Positions 46,940 through 60,772 of a stretch of 64,000 bases of DNA are shown piece by piece; position 1 is the stretch's first letter; each line of letters starts with the position of its first letter. The position numbers and the translations under genes were made by a program. The notes under the pieces are model-generated. The model saw only the letters and a program-made list of their open reading frames with translations. It was not told the DNA's origin and made no database searches. This stretch comes from Myxococcota bacterium (lineage in GTDB: Bacteria; Myxococcota_A; UBA9160; UBA6930): contig OZ245015.1 in assembly GCA_965223705.1 (NCBI GenBank), positions 160,001 to 224,000 on the forward strand, given 5' to 3'.

Positions 46940-47193
46940 CGCGCGTCGAAACAGCTCTCGTCGGTCTGACGCACCTTGCGATCCGCGCGTACCAGCTCCT
47001 CATCTCACCACTTCTGGGCTCGTTGTGTCGCTTTGAGCCTTCTTGTTCACGCTACGCAGACGAAGCGTTGCGCCGCCACGGTTTGCTTCGCGGGGGAACG
47101 CTCGCTGTGCGACGCATACTTCGCTGTCATCCGTTCCGACCGGGTGGATATGACCCCGTTCCCGAAAACGTGACGCCTCGAAAGGCGGCTTGA
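46936..47193 (+). CDS. yidD: Membrane protein insertion efficiency factor
   Basis: [26 protein letters not shown]. Confidence 0.95.
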   Translation: MTRVETALVGLTHLAIRAYQLLISPLLGSLCRFEPSCSRYADEALRRHGLLRGGTLAVRRILRCHPFRPGGYDPVPENVTPRKAA

Positions 47194-47196
47194 GCC

Positions 47197-48879
47197 ATGG
47201 ATCGCAACCTGTTCCTAGCGCTTGGTCTGTCGTTCCTCGTCGTCGTTTTCTGGGCGTATGCGACGGCACCACCGCCCGGGGAGAACTCGGAAGCGCCCGC
47301 GGAAGCCCCTGCGCCGCCGCAGCCCGCGGACGCATTTGCATCGCTCGACGACGTACCCGGAACGAACCCGACAACCGACGGCATCGAGGCCACTCCGATC
47401 CCAGAGCCGAGCGAGCCCGAACCGGAGCGGGAACGTGCTCCGGAGAAACGCGCGGAACTCGAAACGCCGCTCTACCGATCGCTCTGGACGACTCGCGGCG
47501 GTGGACTTCTCGCGTGGGACCTCGCGAAGTACCGAACCGAACGCGCCGAGGCCGCGCCGCCGGTTCCCCTGGTGACGACACATATTGGTGTACCGCTGGC
47601 CCTCGCGACGCCGCTTGAAGGTCTGGGCTTCGGCGATCTGTCCGGAGAGACGTACGAGTTGCTTCAGCCTGACGCGAAAACGCTGCGGTTCGTGCTCGAG
47701 AAGAGCGGGGTCACGGTCGCGAAAGAGTTTACGTTCGACGACGAGTCGTACACGCTCGGCATGCGCTTCGAGATCGAGAACGGCGGCGACCGTCACATCC
47801 GGCCGACTTTTCGGATTCGCTGGCCGGTCCAGCAGCTGGATCTTCCGGATTATGCAGAACTATCGCTCGCTACCTGGCAGGACGGCTCGCTACACACGGG
47901 AAACCTGGGTACTGGCGGCGGATTCCTCGGCTTCGGTGGTCCGCTGAAGGAAGCGGAAGAGTATGTCGGCGACACACACTGGGTCGGCTCCCAACTCCGC
48001 TACTTCGTCGCAGCGCTCATCCCGACGCAGCCACGGGATGCTTCGTCGCGTTTTCAGCCGCTCGCGCAAGGTGCGCTCGGTGTGTCTGAATTGGCGTTTC
48101 GGCCCGTCGAGATCCCTCCCGGTCAGAAAGCGACGCGCGAGCTCCGCATCTACATCGGTCCGAAGGAGTCCGAGCGGCTCGACAAGATGGGTGCCCACCT
48201 CGACGATGCGATTCCAAAGGGCTGGTTCGCTCCGCTGACGAACTTTTTCATCTGGTTGCTCGCGGCGATCCATCAGTTCCTGCCGAATTACGGCGTTGCC
48301 ATCATCGCGATAACCGTCCTCGTTCGCGTCCTGATGGTCCCTATCCTCGCTAAGCAAATGAAGTCGATGAAGCGGATGGGCGAGCTCCAGCCGCGGATGA
48401 AAGAGATCCAAGAGAAATACGGGGACGACCGTCAGAAGCAGTCCGAAGAGATGATGAAGCTGTACAAGGAAACCGGCTTCAATCCGCTCGCGGGTTGTTT
48501 CCCGATGCTCTTGCAGCTCCCGGTGTTCATCGGGCTCTACTACGCGCTACAAGGAGCGATCGAGCTGCGACACGCGCCGTTCGTCGGCTGGATCACGGAC
48601 CTTTCCGCACCCGAGACGCTCTTCACCATCGCGGGTCTCGATCTCCCGATTCGGGTACTGCCCTTGTTGATGGGCGGCAGCATGATTCTGCAACAGAGCC
48701 TGACGCCCATGACGACGATGGATCCGGCACAGGCGAAGATGATGAAGTGGATGTTGCCCTCGGTCTTCACCATCATGTTTTATCAATTCGCCTCCGGCCT
48801 GGTCCTCTACTGGCTGGTCAGTAACGTCCTCGGTATCGCCCAGCAGTGGTATACCAACCGCCAGAAGACGGCCGGGTGA
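47197..48879 (+). CDS. yidC: Membrane protein insertase
   Basis: YIGPK, NYGVAII..T, NPLAGCFP, GLVLYW. Confidence 0.97.
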   Translation: MDRNLFLALGLSFLVVVFWAYATAPPPGENSEAPAEAPAPPQPADAFASLDDVPGTNPTTDGIEATPIPEPSEPEPERERAPEKRAELETPLYRSLWTTRGGGLLAWDLAKYRTERAEAAPPVPLVTTHIGVPLALATPLEGLGFGDLSGETYELLQPDAKTLRFVLEKSGVTVAKEFTFDDESYTLGMRFEIENGGDRHIRPTFRIRWPVQQLDLPDYAELSLATWQDGSLHTGNLGTGGGFLGFGGPLKEAEEYVGDTHWVGSQLRYFVAALIPTQPRDASSRFQPLAQGALGVSELAFRPVEIPPGQKATRELRIYIGPKESERLDKMGAHLDDAIPKGWFAPLTNFFIWLLAAIHQFLPNYGVAIIAITVLVRVLMVPILAKQMKSMKRMGELQPRMKEIQEKYGDDRQKQSEEMMKLYKETGFNPLAGCFPMLLQLPVFIGLYYALQGAIELRHAPFVGWITDLSAPETLFTIAGLDLPIRVLPLLMGGSMILQQSLTPMTTMDPAQAKMMKWMLPSVFTIMFYQFASGLVLYWLVSNVLGIAQQWYTNRQKTAG

Positions 48880-48900
48880 TACGGGCCGAAGGAGTTCCGC

Positions 48901-49773
48901 GTGTACGATCCGAAATCCGAATCGAAAGAATTTGTTGCTACGAGTCACGACGAAGCCGTGGAGAAGGCGGTCGCCTTTTTCGGGGTCGCGAGCGCCGACG
49001 ACCTGTCGCTGTCGACGCCTTCGGATGTCTCGGGGTTGGCGGGTCGGTCGGTTCTCGTAGCTCGCTCGAAGAGCGCGCCGGCAGCGGCGCCCGATCGAGG
49101 CGGTGAGCGGGAGCGCAGCACAGGTCGAGGCGGGCGAGACAGCGAGCGCGTCGAGTCGCGCGGGCGGACGCGCCGGGACCGCGGCGGCCGACGAGAGCGC
49201 AGCGAGCCCCGCGAAGAGCGCGTCGAAGCCGAAGCACCGGCGCCCTCCGCGCCCTCCGTGGGCACAGCCAAGGGTGAGCTGGACGAGGTCGGTGATTTCC
49301 TTCTCGGTACGGTCGAGCGCATGGACGTCGGCCCGTTCGAAATCGAGCAATCCGAAGAATCGGAGTACGTGATTTTCCAGCTCACCGGTGAAGCGGCAGA
49401 TCGCTTGTCCTCGGGCGACGGTCGTACCACGGATGCGCTGCAACTTCTCGTGAATCAGGCGGCCCACCGCATCCACGAGGACCCGAAGCGGGTTGTCATC
49501 GATACCGGAGGCGATTCGGACAGTCGCGAGGCCCTGCTCTCGCGGGTCGCGGGCAAGGCGGCGAAGCGAGCTCGCGATACAGGTCGATCGGTGGCTTTGG
49601 AGGCGATGAGTCCCAGCGATCGGCGGCTTGTACACGTCGCGCTGCGCGACGAGCGCGGGATCGCGACGATGAGCGTCGGAGAGGGTCGCTATCGTCAGGT
49701 GCTCGTCGTTCCCGAAGGCGCCGCTGAGTTCGATGAGGCCTCAAGCTACGGCGTGGGCAACGAAGCCGAGTAG
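48901..49773 (+). CDS. jag: Jag/KhpB RNA-binding protein
   Basis: Jag N-terminus, KH-like region, R3H motif RRLVH; position after yidC. Confidence 0.88.
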   Translation: MYDPKSESKEFVATSHDEAVEKAVAFFGVASADDLSLSTPSDVSGLAGRSVLVARSKSAPAAAPDRGGERERSTGRGGRDSERVESRGRTRRDRGGRRERSEPREERVEAEAPAPSAPSVGTAKGELDEVGDFLLGTVERMDVGPFEIEQSEESEYVIFQLTGEAADRLSSGDGRTTDALQLLVNQAAHRIHEDPKRVVIDTGGDSDSREALLSRVAGKAAKRARDTGRSVALEAMSPSDRRLVHVALRDERGIATMSVGEGRYRQVLVVPEGAAEFDEASSYGVGNEAE

Positions 49774-49787
49774 TACCCCGCCGGCCA

Positions 49788-49851
49788 CGCGTTGCACGTG
49801 GAACGGCGTTCACAAAAAATTGTCGCGTTGCACGTGGAACGGCGTTCACAA
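49788..49851. repeat. Two 28-bp direct repeats each containing a parS-like site
   Basis: CGTTGCACGTGGAACG at 49790-49805 and 49826-49841 vs parS consensus GTTtCACGTGaAAC; close to parAB. Confidence 0.8.
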
Positions 49852-49859
49852 TCGCGTCG

Positions 49860-50507
49860 GTGAGCTCTGATCCGGACGATCAAAAACACGTACTCCAAGC
49901 TCTTCGGGACGGGATGGCCCACCTCCAGCGCCACCACCCGGGCTTCCAGCCCACACCCGACTTCGAAGAGCGCGTTCTGGCCCTCGCCTCGCTGACCGCC
50001 CGCTGGGCCAAGCGGATGAATCTGACCGGACACCGCGACGGGCCGAGCGTCATGCGGCACCTCATCCTCGACGCAACGGCCCTCGCGCTCGAACTGCCCT
50101 CGTGGAGGTCACTCGTCGATATCGGCTCGGGCGCAGGCTTCCCGGGCCTACCCGTCGCTTGCTTGTACCCCGACCGCAAGATCACCCTCGTCGAACCGCG
50201 AGAACGAAGACATCATTTTCAGAAAGAGGCTCGCCGGAGTCTCGGATTAAGCCAGGTCCGTACGCTGCGCGGGCGCGCGGAGGAACTGCCCCCTGAACCG
50301 CATGACATCGCGCTCTGCCAGGCGGTCGCGACCCCCGCACAGGCAGAAGCGCTCCTGCGGCCGTGGGTGAAGGACACGGGCTGGATCGCACTTCCCCTCT
50401 CCCGCGAGCAAGCCGCGTCGATCTGTCCGCGGCCTGATGCCGAAGATCGAACCTACGTGGCCCCAGATGGTCGCGAGCGCGGCCTTCGGCTCCTCTCGAT
50501 GAATTGA
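49860..50507 (+). CDS. rsmG: 16S rRNA m7G methyltransferase
   Basis: NLTG, HLILD, DIGSGAGFPG, RAEE. Confidence 0.92.
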   Translation: MSSDPDDQKHVLQALRDGMAHLQRHHPGFQPTPDFEERVLALASLTARWAKRMNLTGHRDGPSVMRHLILDATALALELPSWRSLVDIGSGAGFPGLPVACLYPDRKITLVEPRERRHHFQKEARRSLGLSQVRTLRGRAEELPPEPHDIALCQAVATPAQAEALLRPWVKDTGWIALPLSREQAASICPRPDAEDRTYVAPDGRERGLRLLSMN

Positions 50508-50598
50508 GCTGCCCAGATTCGCCGCCTGTGGTAGAACAACTCAAGGATGCAACGGGGCGGTGCATCCTACTGTTCAATCAGTGAGAAAGACCCTCCTC

Positions 50599-51495
50599 AT
50601 GAATCCGGTGACCCCTGGCCGAAGTCGCCTACATTTCCCCACGGGTAATAGCCCCACGGGGCATGTCATCGCTGTGGTCAATCAAAAAGGCGGTGTGGGG
50701 AAAACGACCACAGCCGTCAATCTCGCCGCCTCGCTCGCCGCTTCGGAGCACTCCACCCTTCTGATCGATCTCGACCCCCAGGGGAATGCGAGCAGTGCTT
50801 TCGGATGCTTCGAGCCTTCCCGCCAGATTTATGACGCGCTCCTCGGAGGTGCGTCATTGGCCAGCGTCGCTCAGCCCACGGAGCTGTCTCACCTCCACCT
50901 CGCGCCGGCCGCTGCCGATCTCGTCGGAGCCGAGGTCGAATTAGTCGGGCTCGAGTCCCGGGAAACGCGACTCCGTGATGCCCTCGAGCCCGTGCGCCAC
51001 CGCTATGACTTCATCTTGATCGACTGCCCGCCCTCGCTGGGCTTTCTGACACTGAACGCACTGGCTGCCGCCGATTCGGTGTTGATCCCGCTTCAGTGCG
51101 AGTACTACGCGCTCGAGGGCCTCGCGCGGTTGCTCGACACCGTGTCACGGGTGAAGCCGCTCAACCCCGAGCTCGAAGTCGGCGGCATCGTCTTTACGAT
51201 GTTCGATCCCCGGGCGAATCTGAGCCACCAGGTCGCCGAGGAAGCGAGGGAGCACTTCGGAGATCGGGTGTTCGAAACGACGATCCCTCGCAATGTCCGT
51301 CTCAGTGAAGCGCCGAGCCACGGCAAACCCGTCTTGCTCTACGATATCCGTTCCCGCGGTGCCCAGGCCTATCTCGCACTCGCGAAGGAACTCCTCTCGC
51401 GGGATCAGCGGCGCCCGCTTTCACCGCGCCCGCCGCCAGCACTCGCGGGAGCGAACGCTCCCACCGTCGGAGGCAACCATGGCCCAGCGACGTAG
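50599..51495 (+). CDS. parA: Chromosome partition ATPase
   Basis: NQKGGVGKTT, DLDPQGN, DCPPSLG, QCEYYALEG, EAPSHG. Confidence 0.96.
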   Translation: MNPVTPGRSRLHFPTGNSPTGHVIAVVNQKGGVGKTTTAVNLAASLAASEHSTLLIDLDPQGNASSAFGCFEPSRQIYDALLGGASLASVAQPTELSHLHLAPAAADLVGAEVELVGLESRETRLRDALEPVRHRYDFILIDCPPSLGFLTLNALAAADSVLIPLQCEYYALEGLARLLDTVSRVKPLNPELEVGGIVFTMFDPRANLSHQVAEEAREHFGDRVFETTIPRNVRLSEAPSHGKPVLLYDIRSRGAQAYLALAKELLSRDQRRPLSPRPPPALAGANAPTVGGNHGPAT

Positions 51496-52378
51496 CGCCC
51501 TCGGTCGAGGGCTCGGCGCGCTCTTGCCCGAAGCGCCGCGCGAAGCCGCGCCCGATCCGGTGCAGGCCGCTGGCTCGCCCGACGGGTCGTCGCTCGAACT
51601 CGAGGTTGGGCGCATTCGCCCGAACCCCGATCAACCGCGTCGACAGTTCTCGGAGGAAGAGCTCGCGCACCTCGCAGATTCCCTCGAGCGCTACGGCGTG
51701 CTGCAACCGATCGTCGTTCGCGCCGTCCGCGACGACCCGAGCGCAGACTACGAGCTCGTCGTCGGCGAACGTCGGTGGCGGGCCGCACGGGTCGCTGGCC
51801 TCGAGCGGATCCCTGCGACGATCGCGGACATCGCTCCCCGGGATCTGCTCGAAGTCGCCCTCGTCGAGAACATCCAGCGCGAAGATTTGAACCCCATCGA
51901 GCTGGCCCTCGCGTTCCGGGCTCTCTCGGAATCCGGGGCGACGCAACAGGAGATCGGCGAGCGCGTGGGCCTCGACCGGTCCAGCGTCGCGAACCACATC
52001 CGGCTCCTGGACCTGCCCCGCGAGCTTCAGCAGGACGTGGAGGACGACGTGATCACCATGGGTCACGCCAAGGCGCTGCTTCAGCTCGGCAATCCGGAAC
52101 GCCGCCGCCAGCTGCGCGATCGGATCGTCGCCGAGGGCCTCTCGGTGCGAGCGGCCGAAGCCTACGCGCGGCAACTGTCGGGGACACCCGCCGCCAAAAA
52201 GGCGCGCCGCCCGGAGGTCGTCGACCCGAACGTGGCGCAGCTCCTCGACCTCCTTCGGGACCGGCTCCAGACCAAGGTTCGGATCTCCGGCACCGGGGCG
52301 CGGGGCAAACTCGAAATCGAGTTCTACGGGCCGGCGGAGTTGGATCGTATCTCGGAAGCGATCCTGGAGCGTGCCTGA
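51479..52378 (+). CDS. parB: Chromosome partition protein
   Basis: LGRGLGAL, NPDQPR, GERRWRA, ENIQREDLNPIE. Confidence 0.96.
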   Translation: MAQRRSALGRGLGALLPEAPREAAPDPVQAAGSPDGSSLELEVGRIRPNPDQPRRQFSEEELAHLADSLERYGVLQPIVVRAVRDDPSADYELVVGERRWRAARVAGLERIPATIADIAPRDLLEVALVENIQREDLNPIELALAFRALSESGATQQEIGERVGLDRSSVANHIRLLDLPRELQQDVEDDVITMGHAKALLQLGNPERRRQLRDRIVAEGLSVRAAEAYARQLSGTPAAKKARRPEVVDPNVAQLLDLLRDRLQTKVRISGTGARGKLEIEFYGPAELDRISEAILERA

Positions 52379-52758
52379 TGGCAGCCGAAACCCCCCGGAC
52401 CCCCGAACTCCAAAGCGATGACGTGATCCTAGCGAGCGACACGCGGGCGCCGTTGATGGCGGTTCCCCAGGGTGCGCGCTTCTCGGGCACGGTGGCCTTC
52501 GCGGGCGCCGCGCGTATCGAAGGCACGCTCGACGGGAACGTCTGGGCGAGCGGCAGCCTGGAGGTTTCCACGGAGGCTCGGATCCGAGGATCGATCGAAG
52601 TCGACGAGTGCATCGTCGCGGGGTCGGTCGAGGGGGATGTCACCGCGCGCCAGCGCTTGACGTTGCGCGCCGGCGCGCGAGTCGAGGGCCGCGTCACGAC
52701 GGCGAAACTCAGTGTCGAAGACGGCGCGGTCCTGGCCGGCCCGTGCACCATCGTGTGA
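52378..52758 (+). CDS. Bactofilin (polymer-forming cytoskeletal protein)
   Basis: Beta-helix repeats (IEGTLDG, GSVEGDV, VEDGAVL.G). Confidence 0.88.
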   Translation: MAAETPRTPELQSDDVILASDTRAPLMAVPQGARFSGTVAFAGAARIEGTLDGNVWASGSLEVSTEARIRGSIEVDECIVAGSVEGDVTARQRLTLRAGARVEGRVTTAKLSVEDGAVLAGPCTIV

Positions 52759-52954
52759 CGCACGTTTCCGCCGAAACGCGAGCGATTTCGGGTGGAAACG
52801 CATCTTGAAGTTGACCGGGGTTGTGTCAGAATCCCGCCGCTCCACGCCGTGTAAACCGCCGCGACGGGGGTCCCACCAAGTCAGGACCCAGCCTCCGCGG
52901 TCGAGCTACACGGGTGTCGAGTCCACTTCGATCCCGGGAGACGAAAACCGACCC

Positions 52955-53497
52955 ATGTTCCGAGCGCAGGCCCCGGGCTTCGTTCCGCTCTCGCTTCGCC
53001 CCGTTCGCTGGCTCGCGCCAGCGGCCCTGTTCATTCCCGCGACGGCGCAAGCCGCCGGCGGTGCGCTCGAGATCTTTCCCGACAAAGGCATTTTCATTCA
53101 GGTCGCGTTGTTCGCACTCCTGATCGCGCCCATCAACAAGTTCCTTTTCCAGCCGGTGATGCGTGTGTTGGAAGAGCGGCGCGAACAAATCGAAGGCGCG
53201 CGAGCCCGCGCTGAAGCGATGCAGAAGGACGCGAACGCCGTACTGGCGAAGTACGAAACCGCCGTGCTCGGCGCCCGCGAAGAAGTGGAGAACGAGCGCA
53301 AGGCCCGCGTCGAATCGGCTCGCGACGAGCGTGCAAAGTTGACGACGCAGGCGCGCTCCGGCGCCGAAGCGCAGGTGACACAAGCGCGCAGCGACGTCGC
53401 GTCGGCCCTCGAGGACGCGCGGAACCAGCTTCGAACGGAAGCCACGGAGCTCGCTCGCGAAGCGGCTTCACGCGTCTTGGGACGGGAGCTCTCGTGA
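52955..53497 (+). CDS. ATP synthase subunit b'
   Basis: TM helix, LFQPV..VLEERR..I, coiled coil; start uncertain. Confidence 0.88.
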   Translation: MFRAQAPGFVPLSLRPVRWLAPAALFIPATAQAAGGALEIFPDKGIFIQVALFALLIAPINKFLFQPVMRVLEERREQIEGARARAEAMQKDANAVLAKYETAVLGAREEVENERKARVESARDERAKLTTQARSGAEAQVTQARSDVASALEDARNQLRTEATELAREAASRVLGRELS

Positions 53498-54060
53498 GGC
53501 GCGTTGCGATTCTTGTCGTCGCGTGTCTCACCGCTGCACCGTCCTTCGCCGCCGGCGGTGAAGGCGAAGGTAGCCACGTCTTTTGGGAGGTCTTCAACCT
53601 CCTGCTGCTGATCGCGGTCCTCATCTTCGTCACGCGCAAGTCGGTGACGGCGTTTCTCAAGAACCGACGCGATCAAGTGGCGAACAATCTCCGCGAATCC
53701 GAAGAGCTGCTGACGGAATCGAAGGAGCGACTCGCGGAGCTCGAGCGCAAGAGCGGCAACCTCGACGAGCAGCTCGTGGAAATCCGGCGCGAGGCGACTG
53801 AACGCGCCGAGCGGGAAGCCGAAGCCATCATCGCCGACGCGAGGGAAACCGCCGCGCGCATCGAGCGCGACGCGACCGGCGCGGTCGAGCGCGAAGTGCT
53901 CCGCGCGAAGCAGCAACTGCGTGCCGAGGCGTCGGAGCTCGCGATCGAGCTCGCCGCCGAGCGGTTGAAGAGCGACGTCAGCGACGCCGATCGGACGCGC
54001 TTGGTCGACGAGTTCATCGCGCGTGTCTCGGACGGCGCGAGCGCCTCGGGGACAAGCTAG
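53494..54060 (+). CDS. atpF: ATP synthase subunit b
   Basis: N.LLL TM helix plus coiled coil. Confidence 0.9.
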   Translation: MRRVAILVVACLTAAPSFAAGGEGEGSHVFWEVFNLLLLIAVLIFVTRKSVTAFLKNRRDQVANNLRESEELLTESKERLAELERKSGNLDEQLVEIRREATERAEREAEAIIADARETAARIERDATGAVEREVLRAKQQLRAEASELAIELAAERLKSDVSDADRTRLVDEFIARVSDGASASGTS

Positions 54061-54602
54061 TGGCGCGAAACGCGGCGGCCGGTCGCTACGGAAAGGCGCT
54101 CTTCGAACTCGCGACGGAAGAAGGTCGCGCGACCGAAGTGCGCGAGGAGCTCGCCGGTCTCGCCGAGGCCCTCGAACAAAGCGACGAGTTGAGCAACGTG
54201 CTGTTGCAACCGCTGTATCCGGCGAACGAACGAAAATCTGTACTCGCCGCGGTGGCTGAGCAACTCGGAACGAGTCCGACGTTGCAGCGGTTCTACTCGT
54301 TCCTGATCGACCAGCGCCGCTTGGTCGACATCGAGGCGATCCGCGAGGCGTACGAGTCGTTGGCCGACGCCGCAACGGGTGTTGCTCGGGCCGAGATTCG
54401 AAGCGCGAGCCCTCTCGACACCGAACAACTCGAGCGCTTGACGCAGGCTTTGGCGGCGCGCGTCGGGCAAGACGTGAGCGTGACGGTTGAGGTCGATCCC
54501 GAACTTCTCGGCGGCGTCGTCGCCAAGGTGGGCGACCTCCTTCTCGACGGCAGTCTGCGCAGCCAACTCGATCAAATGCGCAGCGCCTTACTCGACGACT
54601 GA
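54060..54602 (+). CDS. atpH: ATP synthase subunit delta
   Basis: RYGKALF, VDPELLGG, DGSLR. Confidence 0.95.
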   Translation: MARNAAAGRYGKALFELATEEGRATEVREELAGLAEALEQSDELSNVLLQPLYPANERKSVLAAVAEQLGTSPTLQRFYSFLIDQRRLVDIEAIREAYESLADAATGVARAEIRSASPLDTEQLERLTQALAARVGQDVSVTVEVDPELLGGVVAKVGDLLLDGSLRSQLDQMRSALLDD

Positions 54603-54643
54603 GTGAGGACTGAGCGGGCCGACGGCCCGGCACGGAGCAAGCG

Positions 54644-58502
<3,859 letters not shown>

Positions 58503-58504
58503 GC

Positions 58505-58903
58505 ATGCCCTTCTCCCTCTATATCGCGACGCCCATCGGCGAGGCGTACGACGCCCAAGTCGAATCGGTGGTGCTGCCTGGGGTCGAGGGCGACTTCGGC
58601 GTTCTCGAAGGGCACGAGGCGTTTATTTCCGCGCTTCGCGCCGGCAGCCTGACGGTTCACGAGCTGGGTGGCGGTCAGCGCGTGGCCGCCGTTCCCGGCG
58701 GGTTCGCGGAGATCGCGGAAAACACGGTGACCGTGACCGTCGGCCGCTGCGAATTCGCCGACGAAGCGGACCGCAACCCCGAGGAAATCGCGCGGGAGCG
58801 CGCGCAAGCGATGATCGAGGAAATGCGAGCAACGGATGAAGGCGAGGCGTTCTACCAGCAGTACCAGGACGCGTTTTCGGAGAGAATCGCCAGCGAGAAC
58901 TAG
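58505..58903 (+). CDS. atpC: ATP synthase subunit epsilon
   Basis: LPG.EG.FGVL.GH, GGFAEI. Confidence 0.93.
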   Translation: MPFSLYIATPIGEAYDAQVESVVLPGVEGDFGVLEGHEAFISALRAGSLTVHELGGGQRVAAVPGGFAEIAENTVTVTVGRCEFADEADRNPEEIARERAQAMIEEMRATDEGEAFYQQYQDAFSERIASEN

Positions 58904-59457
58904 GCGGCGCGCGCCTTCAGCTTCGCTTTTCCATCTTCGACGACCACGCGGAACTGCACGTTCTCGCAGCCGAGTTTTGCTCGCAGGGCGGTCTCCTGTT
59001 TGGAGAGCAGATCGGACAACGCTTTCGGCGTAATCCCTTTGACGTCCTGCCCACACGCTTCGCGCGCCGCGACATAAGTTTCGAAGAGCTCATTCGGGTT
59101 CTTCGAGCCTGTTTTCTTACGATCCGCTTTCGGCGGCGCGTCCTCGCGAACCCGAAGGTTCGCCTTGAAGACGTGGCGCTCGTAGGTGCCCTCTTCGATC
59201 TTGCGTTCGGTGGCGTCCCAATGTCGGCGGAACGAGAAATAACGCGCCCGCAAGTTGCTGAATTTGAAGCGGTGGCCGGTGTTTTGGATCGGCTTGTTCG
59301 CGTAGATCGCGAACATCTTCTGGACTTCTTGGCGCAGCATGTGGGGAGAGCGCGTGCGAGAACCGAGGAAGTACTGCTCGTACTCGTTCCGCAGCATCTT
59401 CAGCTTGACCTCCATGTACTGGAGGTCCTCGGTGATCTCGGTCCCGAACTCAGGCAT
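58900..59457 (-). CDS. Hypothetical protein, MXAN_5187 C-terminal-domain-like
   Basis: YEQYFLG, IEEGTY.R, F.VVV.DGKAKLKA pattern recalled from myxobacterial proteins. Confidence 0.7.
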   Translation of the reverse strand: MPEFGTEITEDLQYMEVKLKMLRNEYEQYFLGSRTRSPHMLRQEVQKMFAIYANKPIQNTGHRFKFSNLRARYFSFRRHWDATERKIEEGTYERHVFKANLRVREDAPPKADRKKTGSKNPNELFETYVAAREACGQDVKGITPKALSDLLSKQETALRAKLGCENVQFRVVVEDGKAKLKARAA

Positions 59458-59545
59458 CGAACCCCTATCGGGGTGTGATGCTTAAACCTTGATGCGAAAT
59501 CGCAACAAAAGGGGGATCCGGACCACATTGACGCGCGTCATCCGC

Positions 59546-60676
59546 CTATGACGCGCGTATCTCCGGTTTAAGGATCTGGCCGTCACCGCCCGTGACGCGG
59601 AACTCGCCGGCACCGCCTTCGGCCTGCCGCGCCGCGAACGTCGGGTTCCCGGCAATTTCGAAACCCGCGTCTCGGATCGTCTGATAGGTCTCGTCCACCG
59701 CGTCCCCGCGCGTCGTCAGGTAGCCCTCGACGAACAAGCTGTTAGCCGGCCACAGCGCCAGCGCGCCGAGCGCGCGCAAATGGCCTTCCCGTCCCGCGGA
59801 GATCCGGACCTCGGCCCGGGGATTGATGAGCCGCATCAGCGCCAAGTGGCGCAGGCAGCGCTCGGGAGTGAGCGTTCCGTCGCCGAGAAGCCGATTCCCT
59901 TCGATGGGGATCAGGAAGTTCACCGGGATCGAGGGTACTTCGAGTTCGCGCAGCTTGAAGGCCACGTCGATGACGTCGTCCGCTCGCTCGCCCATGCCCA
60001 CGATGAGTCCGCTGCACGGTTCAATACCGCGCCGCCGGGCGGCGAGAAGGGTGTTTACGCGGTCTTCGAAAGTATGGGTGGAACAGATCTCCGGGTAGTG
60101 CGATTCGCTCGTGTTGAGGTTGTGGTTCAGCCGATCGAGCCCCGCGTCTGCGAGGATCTCGGCGTGCTCGTCACCCAGCAGACCGACGGAGAGACAGACC
60201 TCGATCGGGTACCGGGCCTTCACCTCCCGGATGACCGAGGCGAGCTCCTTCACCGTCCGCAGACTCGGACCGCGTCCCGAGAGCACCATGCAATAGCGAG
60301 ACGCACCCGACTCGGCGGCCCGGGACGCTTCCGCCAGGATTTCCTCGGTGGGCTTTACGGGGTACTTGCGGATCGAAGCATCCGAATCGCGTGACTGCGA
60401 GCAGTAGCCACAGTCTTCCGGACACAGCCCGTTCTGAACGTTGTTCAACAAATGGACCATGACGGCGCGACCGAAGTGGCGCTCTCGCGGAAGGTAGGCC
60501 GCGTGCAGGAGCGGGAGCAGCGCCACGTCGTCTCCCTCGAGCACCCAGCGGCAGGTGTTGCGATCCGGCGCGCGGTCTTCGAGTGCTGCCTCGGCGAGCT
60601 CGGCGTAGCGAGTGAAGGCCGTGATCGACGGGTCGGTTACGGCTTGCGTTTCAGACGAGAGCGGGGCTTGAGACAC
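59546..60676 (-). CDS. bioB: Biotin synthase
   Basis: CPEDCGYCSQS radical SAM motif, NHNLNTS, CSG.I.GMGE, PVNFL. Confidence 0.95.
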   Translation of the reverse strand: MSQAPLSSETQAVTDPSITAFTRYAELAEAALEDRAPDRNTCRWVLEGDDVALLPLLHAAYLPRERHFGRAVMVHLLNNVQNGLCPEDCGYCSQSRDSDASIRKYPVKPTEEILAEASRAAESGASRYCMVLSGRGPSLRTVKELASVIREVKARYPIEVCLSVGLLGDEHAEILADAGLDRLNHNLNTSESHYPEICSTHTFEDRVNTLLAARRRGIEPCSGLIVGMGERADDVIDVAFKLRELEVPSIPVNFLIPIEGNRLLGDGTLTPERCLRHLALMRLINPRAEVRISAGREGHLRALGALALWPANSLFVEGYLTTRGDAVDETYQTIRDAGFEIAGNPTFAARQAEGGAGEFRVTGGDGQILKPEIRAS

Positions 60677-60772
60677 GCGGGACCTCCGAAGGGCCGAGCG
60701 TATGCCCGGCCCGGTCCACCGTCAACGTTCGTTCGCAGACCGGTTGACAGCCGATGTCGTTACCATGGCGCG

